A DNA stretch of 39,704 nucleotides from Shigella phage ESh12, in sequence record ON528724; one strand, written 5' to 3'. The notes beneath the pieces are model-generated. The model saw nothing but the letters and a program-made list of their open reading frames with translations. It was not told the DNA's origin and searched no databases. Position numbers and translations under genes: made by a program. Below, piece by piece: positions 1 to 9,916 of this stretch; position 1 is the first letter of the stretch, and each line of letters starts with the position of its first letter.

Positions 1-486
<486 letters not shown>

Positions 487-488
<2 letters not shown>

Positions 489-509
489 TTAACCCTCACT
501 AACGGGAAC
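487..509 (+). promoter_or_regulatory. T3-type phage RNAP promoter (variant AATTAACCCTCACTAACGGGAAC)
   Basis: 23-nt match to T3 promoter consensus with 2-3 substitutions in initiation region. Confidence 0.7.
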
Positions 510-535
510 AACCATTAAACCATAGGAGACACACC

Positions 536-748
536 ATGTTTAAATTCATTAACGCTTTAGGTAAGCTGGTAGTTAAACTGTACTTCATCGAAGCCAAGAA
601 GCTGGACAAGAAGGCCAAAGCTGATTCACAGCGAGCCATTGAGTTGGCGAAACAGTCCCGCGAGAAATCCGATGCGGCTGTTAGTGGCATCCACAAGTCG
701 GCAGCGATTGCAGCCAAAGCACAGTCCATGAGCAAATTCTTTGAGTAA
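536..748 (+). CDS. 4.3: gp4.3-like small protein
   Basis: 70 aa, MFKFINALGKLVVKLY...SKFFE resembles T7 gp4.3 ends; RBS AGGAGA upstream. Confidence 0.7.
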   Translation: MFKFINALGKLVVKLYFIEAKKLDKKAKADSQRAIELAKQSREKSDAAVSGIHKSAAIAAKAQSMSKFFE

Positions 749-760
749 GGAGCGAACACT

Positions 761-1045
761 ATGAGCAAGTCAATCACCCACGCAAACACCATCCGTCTGC
801 CAGACACCGCCGACCAGTTCTCCCGCCGAGTACACATCAATGTGCGTGGCGAGAAGGTCACGATGGTCTACCGCTGGAAAGACCACAAGTCTCCGAAAGC
901 ACACACTCAACGAATGACCTTGGATGACAAGCAGGTCGGTCGCTTGATGGGTGCCCTGACTATGGCTGCTGACAAGGTGGTCGGTGACAACCGTGAGCGT
1001 CTGGTAGAGTTCGGCGCTGGTATGCAAGAGATTATCGAGAAGTGA
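761..1045 (+). CDS. 4.5: gp4.5-like protein
   Basis: 94-aa ORF with RBS AAGGAG, syntenic position between 4.3 and gene 5. Confidence 0.55.
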   Translation: MSKSITHANTIRLPDTADQFSRRVHINVRGEKVTMVYRWKDHKSPKAHTQRMTLDDKQVGRLMGALTMAADKVVGDNRERLVEFGAGMQEIIEK

Positions 1046-1090
1046 TAAACTCAAGGTCGCCCAAGGGTGGCCTTTATGATTATCATTTAG
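1046..1090 (+). promoter_or_regulatory. RNase III-type processing hairpin (R4.7 position)
   Basis: Motif AAACTCAAGGTCGC...GGCCTTTATGATTATCA recurring at 9 sites in the window; matches T7 RNase III site family. Confidence 0.55.
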
Positions 1091-1112
1091 CACGAAACCA
1101 AAGGAGGGCATT

Positions 1113-3227
1113 ATGCTCGTAAGTGACATTGAGGCCAACAACCTCTTAGAGAAAGTCACCAAGTTTCACTGTGGCGTTATCTATGACTACCGTGATGGTG
1201 AGTATCATAGTTATCGTCCGGGCGACTTCGGGGCGTATCTGGATGCGCTGGAAGCCGAGGTGAAGCGAGGTGGGCTTATTGTTTTCCATAACGGTCACAA
1301 ATATGACGTTCCGGCTTTAGAGAAACTCGCAAAGCTGCAACTCAATCGTGACTTCAAGTTACCACGTGAGAATTGTATTGACACACTGGTACTCTCGCGT
1401 TTACTTCATGCGAACCTTAAAGACACAGACATGGGGCTTCTTCGTTCCGGGAAACTACCCGGTCGTCGCTTCGGGTCTCATGCTCTGGAGGCATGGGGTT
1501 ATCGCTTGGGCGAGATGAAAGGTGAATACAAGGACGACTTCAAGGCTATGCTAGAAGAGCAGGGCGAAGAATATGTTGATGGTGCTGAGTGGGTTTCGTT
1601 CAACGAGCCGATGATGGCGTATAACGTTCAAGACGTTGTGGTCACTGTCAAGCTCTTAGAGAAATTCCTTACAGACCTCCACTACTTCCCTGCGGGTATG
1701 GACTTCACGAAGTACGATGCGGATTTATTCTGGCGTGAAGCTGGCGAGTCTGTGGATATTGAGCATCGTGCAGCGTGGCTGTTAGCGAAGCAGGAGCGTA
1801 ACGGCTTCCCGTTCAACACACAGGCCATTGAGGAACTTTATGTAGAACTGGCAGCGAAACGCGCAGAACTTCTGCGAAAGTTAACCGAAACGTTTGGCTC
1901 GTGGTATCAACCGAAAGGTGGTAAGGAACTCTTCAAGCACCCACGTACAGGCAAGCCGCTGCCGAGTTATCCTCGCGTGGTCTATCCGAAACAGGGTGGC
2001 GTGTATAAGAAGCCTCGTAATAAGGCACAGCGCGAAGGTCTTGAACCTTGCGACTTGGACACGAGGGATTACATGGAGGGTGCTCCGTATACTCCGGTCG
2101 AGTTCGTTACGTTCAAGCCAAGTAGCCGTGACCACATTCAGAAGAAACTACAGGAGGCCGGATGGGTTCCTGAGAAGTTCACCGATAAGGGTGCGCCTGT
2201 GGTGGACGATGAGGTCTTGGAGCATGTACGAGTGGATGACCCTGAGAAGCAGGCGTGCATTGACTTGATTAAAGAGTACCTGATGATTCAGAAGCGAATC
2301 GGTCAGGCGGCAGAGGGTGACAAAGCGTGGTTACGTTATGTTCAAGATGATGGTAAGATTCATGGAGCCGTTAACCCTAACGGTGCAGTTACTGGTCGTG
2401 CTACTCATAGTTTCCCAAACCTTGCACAAATACCCGGTGTTCGTTCTCCTTACGGGGAGCAGTGTCGTAGTGCTTTTGGTGCCGAACATCATTTGGATGG
2501 GATTACTGGTAAGCCGTGGGTGCAAGCGGGGATAGACGCCAGTGGCTTAGAGTTGCGCTGTCTGGCACACTTCATGGCTCGCTTCGACAACGGAGAGTAT
2601 GCGAATGAGATTCTCAACGGTGACATTCACACCAAGAACCAGAACGCTGCGGAACTCCCAACGCGCGACAACGCCAAGACATTCATTTACGGGTTCCTTT
2701 ACGGAGCCGGAGATGAGAAGATTGGTCAGATTGTTGGGGCCGGGAAGGAGCGCGGGAAGGAACTCAAGAAGAAATTCTTAGAGAACACCCCGGCGATTGC
2801 AGCGCTACGAGAAGCTATCCAACAGTCCCTCGTTAAGTCTTCCGCTTGGATTGGTGGTGAGCAGAAAGTCCAGTGGAAACGCCGTTGGATTAAGGGTCTG
2901 GATGGTCGCAAGGTTCACGTCAGGTCTCCACACGCAGCGCTCAACACATTGTTGCAGTCTGCTGGTGCTCTGATTTGTAAGCTGTGGATTATCAAGACCG
3001 AAGAGATGCTCATTGAGAAAGGCTTGAAGCATGGCTGGGATGGTGACTTTGCGTACATGGCTTGGGTTCACGATGAGATTCAGGTGGCCTGCCGTACCGA
3101 GCACATCGCTCAGATTGTTATTGACACCGCGCAGGAAGCTATGCGTTGGGTCGGAGAGCATTGGGCTTTCCGTTGTCGTTTAGATACAGAAGGTAAGATG
3201 GGGCCGAATTGGGCTGTCTGCCACTAA
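1113..3227 (+). CDS. 5: DNA polymerase gp5
   Basis: 704 aa, same length as T7 gp5 (from memory); exonuclease motifs and polymerase motifs (DGITGKPWVQAGIDASGLELR, KTFIYGFLYGAG, HDEIQ); RBS AAAGGAGG. Confidence 0.96.
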   Translation: MLVSDIEANNLLEKVTKFHCGVIYDYRDGEYHSYRPGDFGAYLDALEAEVKRGGLIVFHNGHKYDVPALEKLAKLQLNRDFKLPRENCIDTLVLSRLLHANLKDTDMGLLRSGKLPGRRFGSHALEAWGYRLGEMKGEYKDDFKAMLEEQGEEYVDGAEWVSFNEPMMAYNVQDVVVTVKLLEKFLTDLHYFPAGMDFTKYDADLFWREAGESVDIEHRAAWLLAKQERNGFPFNTQAIEELYVELAAKRAELLRKLTETFGSWYQPKGGKELFKHPRTGKPLPSYPRVVYPKQGGVYKKPRNKAQREGLEPCDLDTRDYMEGAPYTPVEFVTFKPSSRDHIQKKLQEAGWVPEKFTDKGAPVVDDEVLEHVRVDDPEKQACIDLIKEYLMIQKRIGQAAEGDKAWLRYVQDDGKIHGAVNPNGAVTGRATHSFPNLAQIPGVRSPYGEQCRSAFGAEHHLDGITGKPWVQAGIDASGLELRCLAHFMARFDNGEYANEILNGDIHTKNQNAAELPTRDNAKTFIYGFLYGAGDEKIGQIVGAGKERGKELKKKFLENTPAIAALREAIQQSLVKSSAWIGGEQKVQWKRRWIKGLDGRKVHVRSPHAALNTLLQSAGALICKLWIIKTEEMLIEKGLKHGWDGDFAYMAWVHDEIQVACRTEHIAQIVIDTAQEAMRWVGEHWAFRCRLDTEGKMGPNWAVCH

Positions 3228-3246
3228 TTCTATAGGAGAAATTATT

Positions 3247-3546
3247 ATGGCTATGACCAAGAAATTTAAAGTGTCATTCGATGTTACCGCTAAGATGGCA
3301 TCTGACGTTCAGGCAATCTTGGAGAAAGACATTCTGCACCTGTGTAAGCAGGTTGGCTCAGGCGCTATTGTCCCCACTGGTAAACAGAAAGAGATGATTG
3401 TCCAGTTCCTGACGTATGGCATGGAGGGGCTGATGGCCTTCCTTGTGCGAACGTCTTTCCGTGAGGCAATCAAAGATATGCACGAAGAGTATGCCGATAA
3501 GGATAGCTTCAAGCTGTCTCCCGCTACTGTACGGGAGGTGTTCTAA
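3247..3546 (+). CDS. 5.5: gp5.5 (H-NS-binding protein family)
   Basis: 99 aa, synteny and similarity to T7 gp5.5; stop overlaps start of 5.7 (TAATGA). Confidence 0.8.
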   Translation: MAMTKKFKVSFDVTAKMASDVQAILEKDILHLCKQVGSGAIVPTGKQKEMIVQFLTYGMEGLMAFLVRTSFREAIKDMHEEYADKDSFKLSPATVREVF

Positions 3547-3755
3547 TGAGTGAATACCTGAAAGTGCTTGCAGCTATCAAAGGCTGCCCTAAGTCCTTTC
3601 AGTCGAACTATGTGCGAAACAATGCGGCTCTCGTAGCTGAGGCCGCTTCTCGTGGACACATTAGCTGTTTGACTGTGGGCGGTCGCAATGGTGGAGCATG
3701 GGAGGTCACAGCCTCTGGTGTGCGCTTCCTTAAACGAATGGGAGGTTGCGTATGA
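3546..3755 (+). CDS. 5.7: gp5.7
   Basis: 69 aa, same length and position as T7 gp5.7. Confidence 0.75.
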   Translation: MSEYLKVLAAIKGCPKSFQSNYVRNNAALVAEAASRGHISCLTVGGRNGGAWEVTASGVRFLKRMGGCV

Positions 3756-3934
3756 TTATGCCAAAGAGTGACACCGTAACGATGACCCGTGATGCGTGGA
3801 ACGATGTTAGCGCGTACATTGATAAGCTGGAGAAAGACCTAGAGTTCCTGAATGCGCTTAAGGCGTGTGGTGTGGATAATTGGGACGGATACTCTGATGC
3901 AGTCGAAATGGTTTACGGGGAGGATGACGAATGA
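3752..3934 (+). CDS. 5.9: gp5.9-like (RecBCD inhibitor family)
   Basis: ATG at 3752 after GGGAGG; acidic small protein with DAWNDVSAYIDKLEKD resembling T7 gp5.9. Confidence 0.6.
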   Translation: MIMPKSDTVTMTRDAWNDVSAYIDKLEKDLEFLNALKACGVDNWDGYSDAVEMVYGEDDE

Positions 3935-4845
3935 GCCTAATCACATTGAAAGACTTCGCGGAGATGCGTGAAGGTAAGCCTATGGAGAAGGGAGTGCTGG
4001 TCATGGATGGTGACTGGTTGGTGTATCAGTCAATGGCTGCTGCCGAAGTTGAGACGGATTGGGGAGACGACATTTGGACTCTTGAGTGTGACCACGCCAA
4101 GGCACGGAGCATTCTCGATTCTGCAATCGAATCGTACCGAACCCGTAAGAAGGCTTGGAGTGACGCTATGGTTGTTCTGGCGTTTACCGACGATGTGAAC
4201 TGGCGTAAGGTACTGGTTGATGAGACCTATAAGGAGAACCGTAAGGCGACCCGTAAGCCTGTAGGCTACCGCGACTTCCTGTCGAAGCTGTGGGAGCGCG
4301 ATGAGTTCATTCACATCAAAGAGGACATGCTTGAAGGTGATGACGTTATGGGCATCATTGGGTCTGGTCACGAGGTCTTCGGCTTCAAGAAAGCTGTGTT
4401 GGTCTCCTGTGACAAGGACTTCAAGACTATCCCGGACGTTGACTTCCTGTGGTGTACCACTGGTAACATCTTGACGCAGACCAAAGAGACCGCTGATTGG
4501 TGGCATCTCTTCCAGACCATCAAGGGTGATATGACCGATGGATACTCCGGGATTCCCGGCTGGGGTGATACGGCAGAAGCCTTCCTGAATGACCCGTTCA
4601 TTGTGGAGCCTGTAGAGTCCGTGTTGAAGTCTGGTAAGAACAAAGGGCAGACAGTAACCAAGTGGGTGAAGCGTGCTCCTGATGCGACTGAGACGCTGTG
4701 GGACTGCATTAAATCCATTGGTGCCAAAGCTGGGATGACCGAGCAGGAAATCATCAAGCAAGGCCAGATGGCTCGCATTCTTCGCTTCGAGGAATACAAT
4801 TACATTGACAAGGAGATTTACTTATGGACGCCGCAAAGTACATAA
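3931..4845 (+). CDS. 6: 5 prime-3 prime exonuclease gp6
   Basis: 304 aa; [42 protein letters not shown] match T7 gene 6 exonuclease (FEN family). Confidence 0.95.
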   Translation: MSLITLKDFAEMREGKPMEKGVLVMDGDWLVYQSMAAAEVETDWGDDIWTLECDHAKARSILDSAIESYRTRKKAWSDAMVVLAFTDDVNWRKVLVDETYKENRKATRKPVGYRDFLSKLWERDEFIHIKEDMLEGDDVMGIIGSGHEVFGFKKAVLVSCDKDFKTIPDVDFLWCTTGNILTQTKETADWWHLFQTIKGDMTDGYSGIPGWGDTAEAFLNDPFIVEPVESVLKSGKNKGQTVTKWVKRAPDATETLWDCIKSIGAKAGMTEQEIIKQGQMARILRFEEYNYIDKEIYLWTPQST

Positions 4846-4937
4846 CCATCGCTGTGCTGGTAGGTATGCTGGCGCGAGGTCTCTGGATGTTCTCTCTCAT
4901 AGTCCGAGACGTGAAGCGAGACTCCGAGATTAAGTGA
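4824..4937 (+). CDS. 6.3: gp6.3-like small protein (below ORF-track size cutoff)
   Basis: 37-aa [40 protein letters not shown] overlapping end of gene 6; T7 has a 37-aa gp6.3 here. Confidence 0.5.
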   Translation: MDAAKYITIAVLVGMLARGLWMFSLIVRDVKRDSEIK

Positions 4938-4995
4938 TAAACTCAAGGCTCTCTACAATTAACCCTCACTAAAGGGAAGAGGGAGCCTTTATGAT
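4938..4995 (+). promoter_or_regulatory. RNase III-type hairpin (R6.5 position) enclosing a promoter
   Basis: AAACTCAAGGCTCTC ... GAGGGAGCCTTTATGATTATT arms flank the promoter at 4957..4979. Confidence 0.5.
4957..4979 (+). promoter_or_regulatory. T3-type phage RNAP promoter (phi6.5 position)
   Basis: AATTAACCCTCACTAAAGGGAAG. Confidence 0.85.
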
Positions 4996-5030
4996 TATTA
5001 CTTTAAGACTTAACCTTAAGAGGTGAAATT

Positions 5031-5276
5031 ATGTTACAACCAATTAATCATGTTTTAACTCATCCCGATGATATTCCTAGTATGCCTCGTGCAGCTAAAG
5101 AGTATCTACAGGTGCGCTTCAATCAGGCTTATGTGATGGAGTCTGGGGAGTACCGTGCGCTACGCGCTGCTGGATACTCTGAGTCTTTCATTGCGGGTGT
5201 GTTGCATGGTCTGTACCTTGCCTCTCGAACACTTGATGAGATTGAGGTGCGTAAAGAGCAACTGAGACAGGAGTAA
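5031..5276 (+). CDS. 6.5: gp6.5-like protein
   Basis: 81-aa ORF, RBS AAGAGGTG, syntenic. Confidence 0.6.
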   Translation: MLQPINHVLTHPDDIPSMPRAAKEYLQVRFNQAYVMESGEYRALRAAGYSESFIAGVLHGLYLASRTLDEIEVRKEQLRQE

Positions 5277-5280
5277 TTAT

Positions 5281-5532
5281 ATGTGCTGGAAACCGAAGGT
5301 GAAAGTCCCTAAGATGGACACTAACCAGATTCGCGCTGCCGAACCAGCACCTTTGACTGAACCACCGAAATCTGTGGTATGGGGAGGCGATGACGATGAG
5401 GACACCAGCGTGTCTTCCTCTGAGGTTCCAACCACACAGAGCAGCGGTAAAAGCAGTCTTAAGGTAAAGCTGGATGACAGCGCAGCCAAGAACAAGAGTA
5501 AATCCTCCATTCGCTCCAAAGCGTTTGGGTAA
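5281..5532 (+). CDS. 6.7: gp6.7-like virion protein
   Basis: 83-aa ORF, RBS AGGAG, syntenic with T7 gp6.7. Confidence 0.6.
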   Translation: MCWKPKVKVPKMDTNQIRAAEPAPLTEPPKSVVWGGDDDEDTSVSSSEVPTTQSSGKSSLKVKLDDSAAKNKSKSSIRSKAFG

Positions 5533-5558
5533 CTGTGGCATAACATAGGGGACACATT

Positions 5559-5879
5559 ATGGGATTCTTCAAGAAAATCAAGAAAGCTGTTAAGAAAGTA
5601 GTTAAGGAAGTTGGCAAACCGATCGAGAAGGCCGGTAAGGAAGTCGGTAAAGCCGTTGGGGGGGCGCTGGGTACTGGTAAGCAGGAGATTATCCAACAAG
5701 AGGCTCCAGCACCAGTAGTGGCTGCGCCGCCTCCAGCACAGATTGTAGATGTACCTGAACAGGATAAGGCTGAGGGTGAGGATGAGGCGCAAACCGAGAG
5801 CGCACGTAAGAAGGCCCGCGCTGGTGGTAAGAAGGCACTTAGCGTAGCTCGCAGTTCCGGCGGTGGAATCAATATCTGA
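5559..5879 (+). CDS. 7.3: gp7.3-like tail/adsorption protein
   Basis: 106 aa, lysine-rich N-terminus MGFFKKIKKAVKK and Ala/Pro-rich middle as in T7 gp7.3. Confidence 0.7.
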   Translation: MGFFKKIKKAVKKVVKEVGKPIEKAGKEVGKAVGGALGTGKQEIIQQEAPAPVVAAPPPAQIVDVPEQDKAEGEDEAQTESARKKARAGGKKALSVARSSGGGINI

Positions 5880-5889
5880 GGAGGACTGA

Positions 5890-7497
5890 ATGGCTGATTC
5901 TAAACGTACAGGATTGGGCGAAGACGGTGCTAAAGCTACCTATGACCGCCTAACGAACGACCGTAGAGCCTATGAGACTCGTGCGGAAAACTGTGCGCAA
6001 TACACCATTCCGTCCTTGTTCCCGAAGGAGTCCGATAACGAATCTACCGACTACACGACTCCGTGGCAGGCTGTAGGTGCTCGGGGTCTTAACAATCTGG
6101 CCTCTAAGTTAATGCTTGCGTTATTCCCGATGCAGTCGTGGATGAAGCTGACCATTAGCGAATATGAGGCGAAGCAGCTTGTTGGAGACCCTGCTGGACT
6201 CGCTAAGGTGGACGAAGGTCTGTCTATGGTTGAGCGTATTATCATGAATTATATCGAATCCAACAGTTACCGTGTAACACTCTTTGAGTGCCTCAAGCAG
6301 TTGATCGTGGCAGGTAATGCACTGCTTTACTTACCGGAACCCGAAGGTAGCTACAATCCGATGAAGCTGTACCGATTGTCTTCTTATGTTGTCCAAAGAG
6401 ACGCATACGGCAATGTGTTACAGATTGTCACTCGTGACCAGATAGCCTTTGGTGCTCTCCCGGAAGACGTTCGGTCTGCGGTAGAGAAAGCTGGTGGTGA
6501 GAAGAAGATGGACGAAATGGTCGATGTGTACACCCATGTGTATCTCGATGAAGAGTCCGGCGATTACCTCAAGTACGAGGAAGTAGAGGACGTTGAGATT
6601 GATGGCTCCGATGCCACCTATCCTACTGACGCTATGCCCTACATTCCGGTTCGCATGGTTCGCATTGATGGCGAGTCTTACGGTCGCTCCTACTGTGAAG
6701 AATACTTAGGTGACTTAAGGTCTCTTGAGAATCTCCAAGAGGCTATCGTTAAGATGAGCATGATTAGTGCGAAGGTCATCGGTCTGGTGAACCCGGCTGG
6801 CATCACGCAGCCCCGTAGATTAACCAAAGCTCAGACTGGTGACTTCGTTCCCGGTCGTCGAGAAGACATTGACTTCCTGCAACTGGAGAAGCAAGCTGAC
6901 TTTACCGTAGCGAAAGCTGTGAGTGACCAGATAGAAGCACGCTTATCGTATGCCTTTATGTTGAACTCTGCGGTACAGCGCACAGGTGAACGTGTGACCG
7001 CCGAAGAGATTCGATACGTTGCGTCAGAACTGGAAGATACGCTTGGTGGTGTCTATTCGATTCTGTCTCAAGAACTGCAATTGCCTCTGGTTCGTGTGCT
7101 CTTGAAGCAACTCCAAGCAACCTCGCAGATTCCTGAGCTACCGAAAGAAGCCGTTGAGCCGACTATCAGCACAGGTCTGGAAGCAATCGGGCGTGGTCAA
7201 GACCTCGATAAGCTGGAGCGCTGTATCTCCGCTTGGGCTGCTCTGGCTCCTATGCAGGGAGACCCGGACATTAACCTTGCTGTCATTAAGCTGCGCATTG
7301 CTAACGCCATTGGTATTGATACTTCTGGTATCCTACTGACGGACGAGCAGAAGCAAGCACTGATGATGCAGGATGCGGCCCAAACAGGCATCGAGAACGC
7401 TGCCGCCACTGGTGGGGCTGGTGTTGGTGCTCTAGCGACCTCAAGTCCAGAAGCCATGCAGGGTGCAGCAGCACAGGCTGGCCTAGACGCCACCTAA
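5890..7497 (+). CDS. 8: Portal (head-tail connector) protein gp8
   Basis: 535 aa, synteny and strong similarity to T7 gp8. Confidence 0.95.
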   Translation: MADSKRTGLGEDGAKATYDRLTNDRRAYETRAENCAQYTIPSLFPKESDNESTDYTTPWQAVGARGLNNLASKLMLALFPMQSWMKLTISEYEAKQLVGDPAGLAKVDEGLSMVERIIMNYIESNSYRVTLFECLKQLIVAGNALLYLPEPEGSYNPMKLYRLSSYVVQRDAYGNVLQIVTRDQIAFGALPEDVRSAVEKAGGEKKMDEMVDVYTHVYLDEESGDYLKYEEVEDVEIDGSDATYPTDAMPYIPVRMVRIDGESYGRSYCEEYLGDLRSLENLQEAIVKMSMISAKVIGLVNPAGITQPRRLTKAQTGDFVPGRREDIDFLQLEKQADFTVAKAVSDQIEARLSYAFMLNSAVQRTGERVTAEEIRYVASELEDTLGGVYSILSQELQLPLVRVLLKQLQATSQIPELPKEAVEPTISTGLEAIGRGQDLDKLERCISAWAALAPMQGDPDINLAVIKLRIANAIGIDTSGILLTDEQKQALMMQDAAQTGIENAAATGGAGVGALATSSPEAMQGAAAQAGLDAT

Positions 7498-7518
7498 TAA
7501 CCATCACTAAAGGGAGAC
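7496..7518 (+). promoter_or_regulatory. T3-type phage RNAP promoter (phi9 position)
   Basis: AATAACCATCACTAAAGGGAGAC, followed by leader stem-loop. Confidence 0.7.
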
Positions 7519-7598
7519 CTCATCTTTGAAATGAGCGATGACTAAAGGTTGGAGTCCTTTGGTTTCCCTTTATCTTTAACAACTTAGGAGATTTAACA

Positions 7599-8531
7599 AT
7601 GGCTGAATCTAATGCAGACGTTTATGCGTCCTTCGGTGTGAACAACGCGGTAATGACCGGAAGTACACCTACTGAACACGAACAGAATATGCTGAGTCTC
7701 GATGTTGCTGCCCGTGATGGCGATGATGCAATCGTACTTAGCGAGGAACCGAGTTCCCATAACGATGACCCTTATGCGGCTGGTGTAGACCCGTTCGCTG
7801 ATGGTGAAGACGATGAGGGCCGCATTCAGGTTCGTATCAGTGAAGATGGTAATGAAGCCGAGTTCGACACTGGTAGCGATAATGCTGAGGTGGAGACCGA
7901 AGGTGAAGCCGATGAGTTCGAGCCGCTGGGTGACACTCCAGAAGAACTGAGCCATGTGACTGAACAATTAGGACAGCACGAAGAAGGCTTTCAGGCGATG
8001 GTCGAGCAGGCCGTTGAGCGTGGACTGAGTGCAGAGTCTGTGACTCGCATCTACGAAGAGTACGAAGCCGATGGCATCTCTGAGAAATCCTATGCGGAAC
8101 TCGAAGCTGCTGGATATAGCCGTGCCTTTGTGGACTCCTACATCTCCGGTCAGGAAGCCCTTGTAGACCAGTACGTCAATCAGGTAGTTGCCTTTGCTGG
8201 CGGTAAGGAGCGCTTTAGCGCAATCCATACGCACCTTGAAGCAACCAACCCGGCTGCGGCTGAGTCCCTTGAGACTGCCATGATGAACCGAGACTTGGCG
8301 ACTGTCAAAGCAATTATCAATCTGGCTGGTGAGAGTTACACGAAGAAATTCGGTAAGCCTGCCAACCGTAGTGTTACCAAGCGTGCTACTCCGGTTAAAC
8401 CTGTAGCTCGTCAGAAAGAGGGCTTTACGAATCAGGCTGAGATGATTAAAGCTATGAGTGACCCGCGTTACCGTAGTGATGCTGCCTACCGTCAAATGGT
8501 AGAACAGAAGGTTATCGACTCCAGTTTCTAA
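7599..8531 (+). CDS. 9: Capsid scaffolding protein gp9
   Basis: 310 aa, very acidic, syntenic between portal and major capsid genes. Confidence 0.9.
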   Translation: MAESNADVYASFGVNNAVMTGSTPTEHEQNMLSLDVAARDGDDAIVLSEEPSSHNDDPYAAGVDPFADGEDDEGRIQVRISEDGNEAEFDTGSDNAEVETEGEADEFEPLGDTPEELSHVTEQLGQHEEGFQAMVEQAVERGLSAESVTRIYEEYEADGISEKSYAELEAAGYSRAFVDSYISGQEALVDQYVNQVVAFAGGKERFSAIHTHLEATNPAAAESLETAMMNRDLATVKAIINLAGESYTKKFGKPANRSVTKRATPVKPVARQKEGFTNQAEMIKAMSDPRYRSDAAYRQMVEQKVIDSSF

Positions 8532-8552
8532 TTAACCCTCACTAAAGGGAGA
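8530..8552 (+). promoter_or_regulatory. T3-type phage RNAP promoter (phi10)
   Basis: Exact consensus AATTAACCCTCACTAAAGGGAGA. Confidence 0.9.
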
Positions 8553-8687
8553 GACCATAGATGACTACAATGGTTGAATCACCTGAGCACAGAACTTTGT
8601 GGTCACTCCCGTAGGTGAAACATTGAGAACCAACTCGATTCAAGTAGTAACCAAACTTTTCTTTAAATTAACATAAGGAGATTCAAC

Positions 8688-9728
8688 ATGGCTAACAATC
8701 AAGGCGGACAGCAAATTGGTACTAATCAGGGTAAGGGTCAGTCCGCAGCGGACAAATTGGCGCTGTTCCTGAAAGTGTTCGGCGGTGAAGTCCTGACGGC
8801 TTTCGCTCGCACCTCCGTGACCATGCCTCGTCACATGCTGCGCTCTATTGCTTCTGGTAAGTCCGCACAGTTCCCTGTGATTGGTCGTACCAAAGCTGCT
8901 TACCTGAAACCGGGTGAGAACCTCGATGACAAACGTAAGGATATCAAACACACCGAGAAGGTAATCCACATTGATGGCCTGCTGACTGCGGACGTTCTGA
9001 TTTACGACATTGAGGACGCGATGAACCACTACGACGTTCGCGCTGAGTACACCGCACAGTTGGGTGAATCTCTGGCGATGGCGGCTGACGGCGCTGTACT
9101 AGCTGAACTGGCTGGTCTGGTTAACCTGCCTGACGCATCCAATGAGAACATCGAGGGTCTCGGTAAGCCTACCGTACTGACTCTGGTTAAGCCGAAAGCT
9201 GGCGACCTGACTGACCCGGTTGAGCTGGGTAAAGCAATTATTGCTCAGTTAACTATCGCGCGTGCGGCGCTGACCAAGAACTACGTTCCGGCTGCTGACC
9301 GTACTTTCTACACCACTCCTGATAACTACTCCGCGATTCTGGCTGCTCTGATGCCGAACGCTGCAAACTATCAGGCACTGCTTGACCCTGAGCGTGGTAC
9401 TATCCGTAACGTGATGGGCTTCGAAGTGGTTGAGGTTCCGCACCTGACCGCTGGTGGCGCTGGTGATACCCGTGAGGATGCCCCGGCTGACCAGAAGCAC
9501 GCTTTCCCGGCGACTTCCAGCGCTACCGTTAAGGTTGCTCTGGATAACGTTGTGGGCCTGTTCCAGCACCGCTCTGCGGTTGGTACGGTCAAGCTGAAAG
9601 ACTTGGCTCTGGAGCGCGCTCGTCGTGCGAACTATCAGGCTGACCAGATTATCGCTAAGTACGCGATGGGTCACGGCGGTCTGCGTCCAGAAGCTGCTGG
9701 TGCAATCGTGATGCCTGCCGCAAAGTAA
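8688..9728 (+). CDS. 10A: Major capsid protein gp10A
   Basis: 346 aa, RBS TAAGGAG, strong similarity to T7 gp10A; codon usage typical of highly expressed gene. Confidence 0.96.
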   Translation: MANNQGGQQIGTNQGKGQSAADKLALFLKVFGGEVLTAFARTSVTMPRHMLRSIASGKSAQFPVIGRTKAAYLKPGENLDDKRKDIKHTEKVIHIDGLLTADVLIYDIEDAMNHYDVRAEYTAQLGESLAMAADGAVLAELAGLVNLPDASNENIEGLGKPTVLTLVKPKAGDLTDPVELGKAIIAQLTIARAALTKNYVPAADRTFYTTPDNYSAILAALMPNAANYQALLDPERGTIRNVMGFEVVEVPHLTAGGAGDTREDAPADQKHAFPATSSATVKVALDNVVGLFQHRSAVGTVKLKDLALERARRANYQADQIIAKYAMGHGGLRPEAAGAIVMPAAK

Positions 9729-9844
9729 TCAGCGGTGCTGACGAAGTGGCAAGCTCTAACGATGAGTTAACGCCTGCACAGAAAGCCGCTATCACGAGGG
9801 CACGTAACAAGGCTCTCAAAGAGGCCACTGAGTAAAACCTAGCA

Positions 9845-9886
9845 AACCCCTTGGGTTCCCTCTTTGGGAGTCTGAGGGGTTTTTTG
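9845..9886 (+). terminator. Tphi-type late terminator
   Basis: AACCCCTTGGGTTCCCTCTTTGGGAGTCTGAGGGGTTTTTTG; GC stem plus T6 run, same place as T7 Tphi after gene 10. Confidence 0.85.
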
Positions 9887-9909
9887 CTTTAACCCTCACT
9901 AACAGGAGG
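9887..9909 (+). promoter_or_regulatory. T3-type promoter variant (phi11 position)
   Basis: CTTTAACCCTCACTAACAGGAGG; deviates at +1 region. Confidence 0.55.
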
Positions 9910-9916
9910 TAACATC

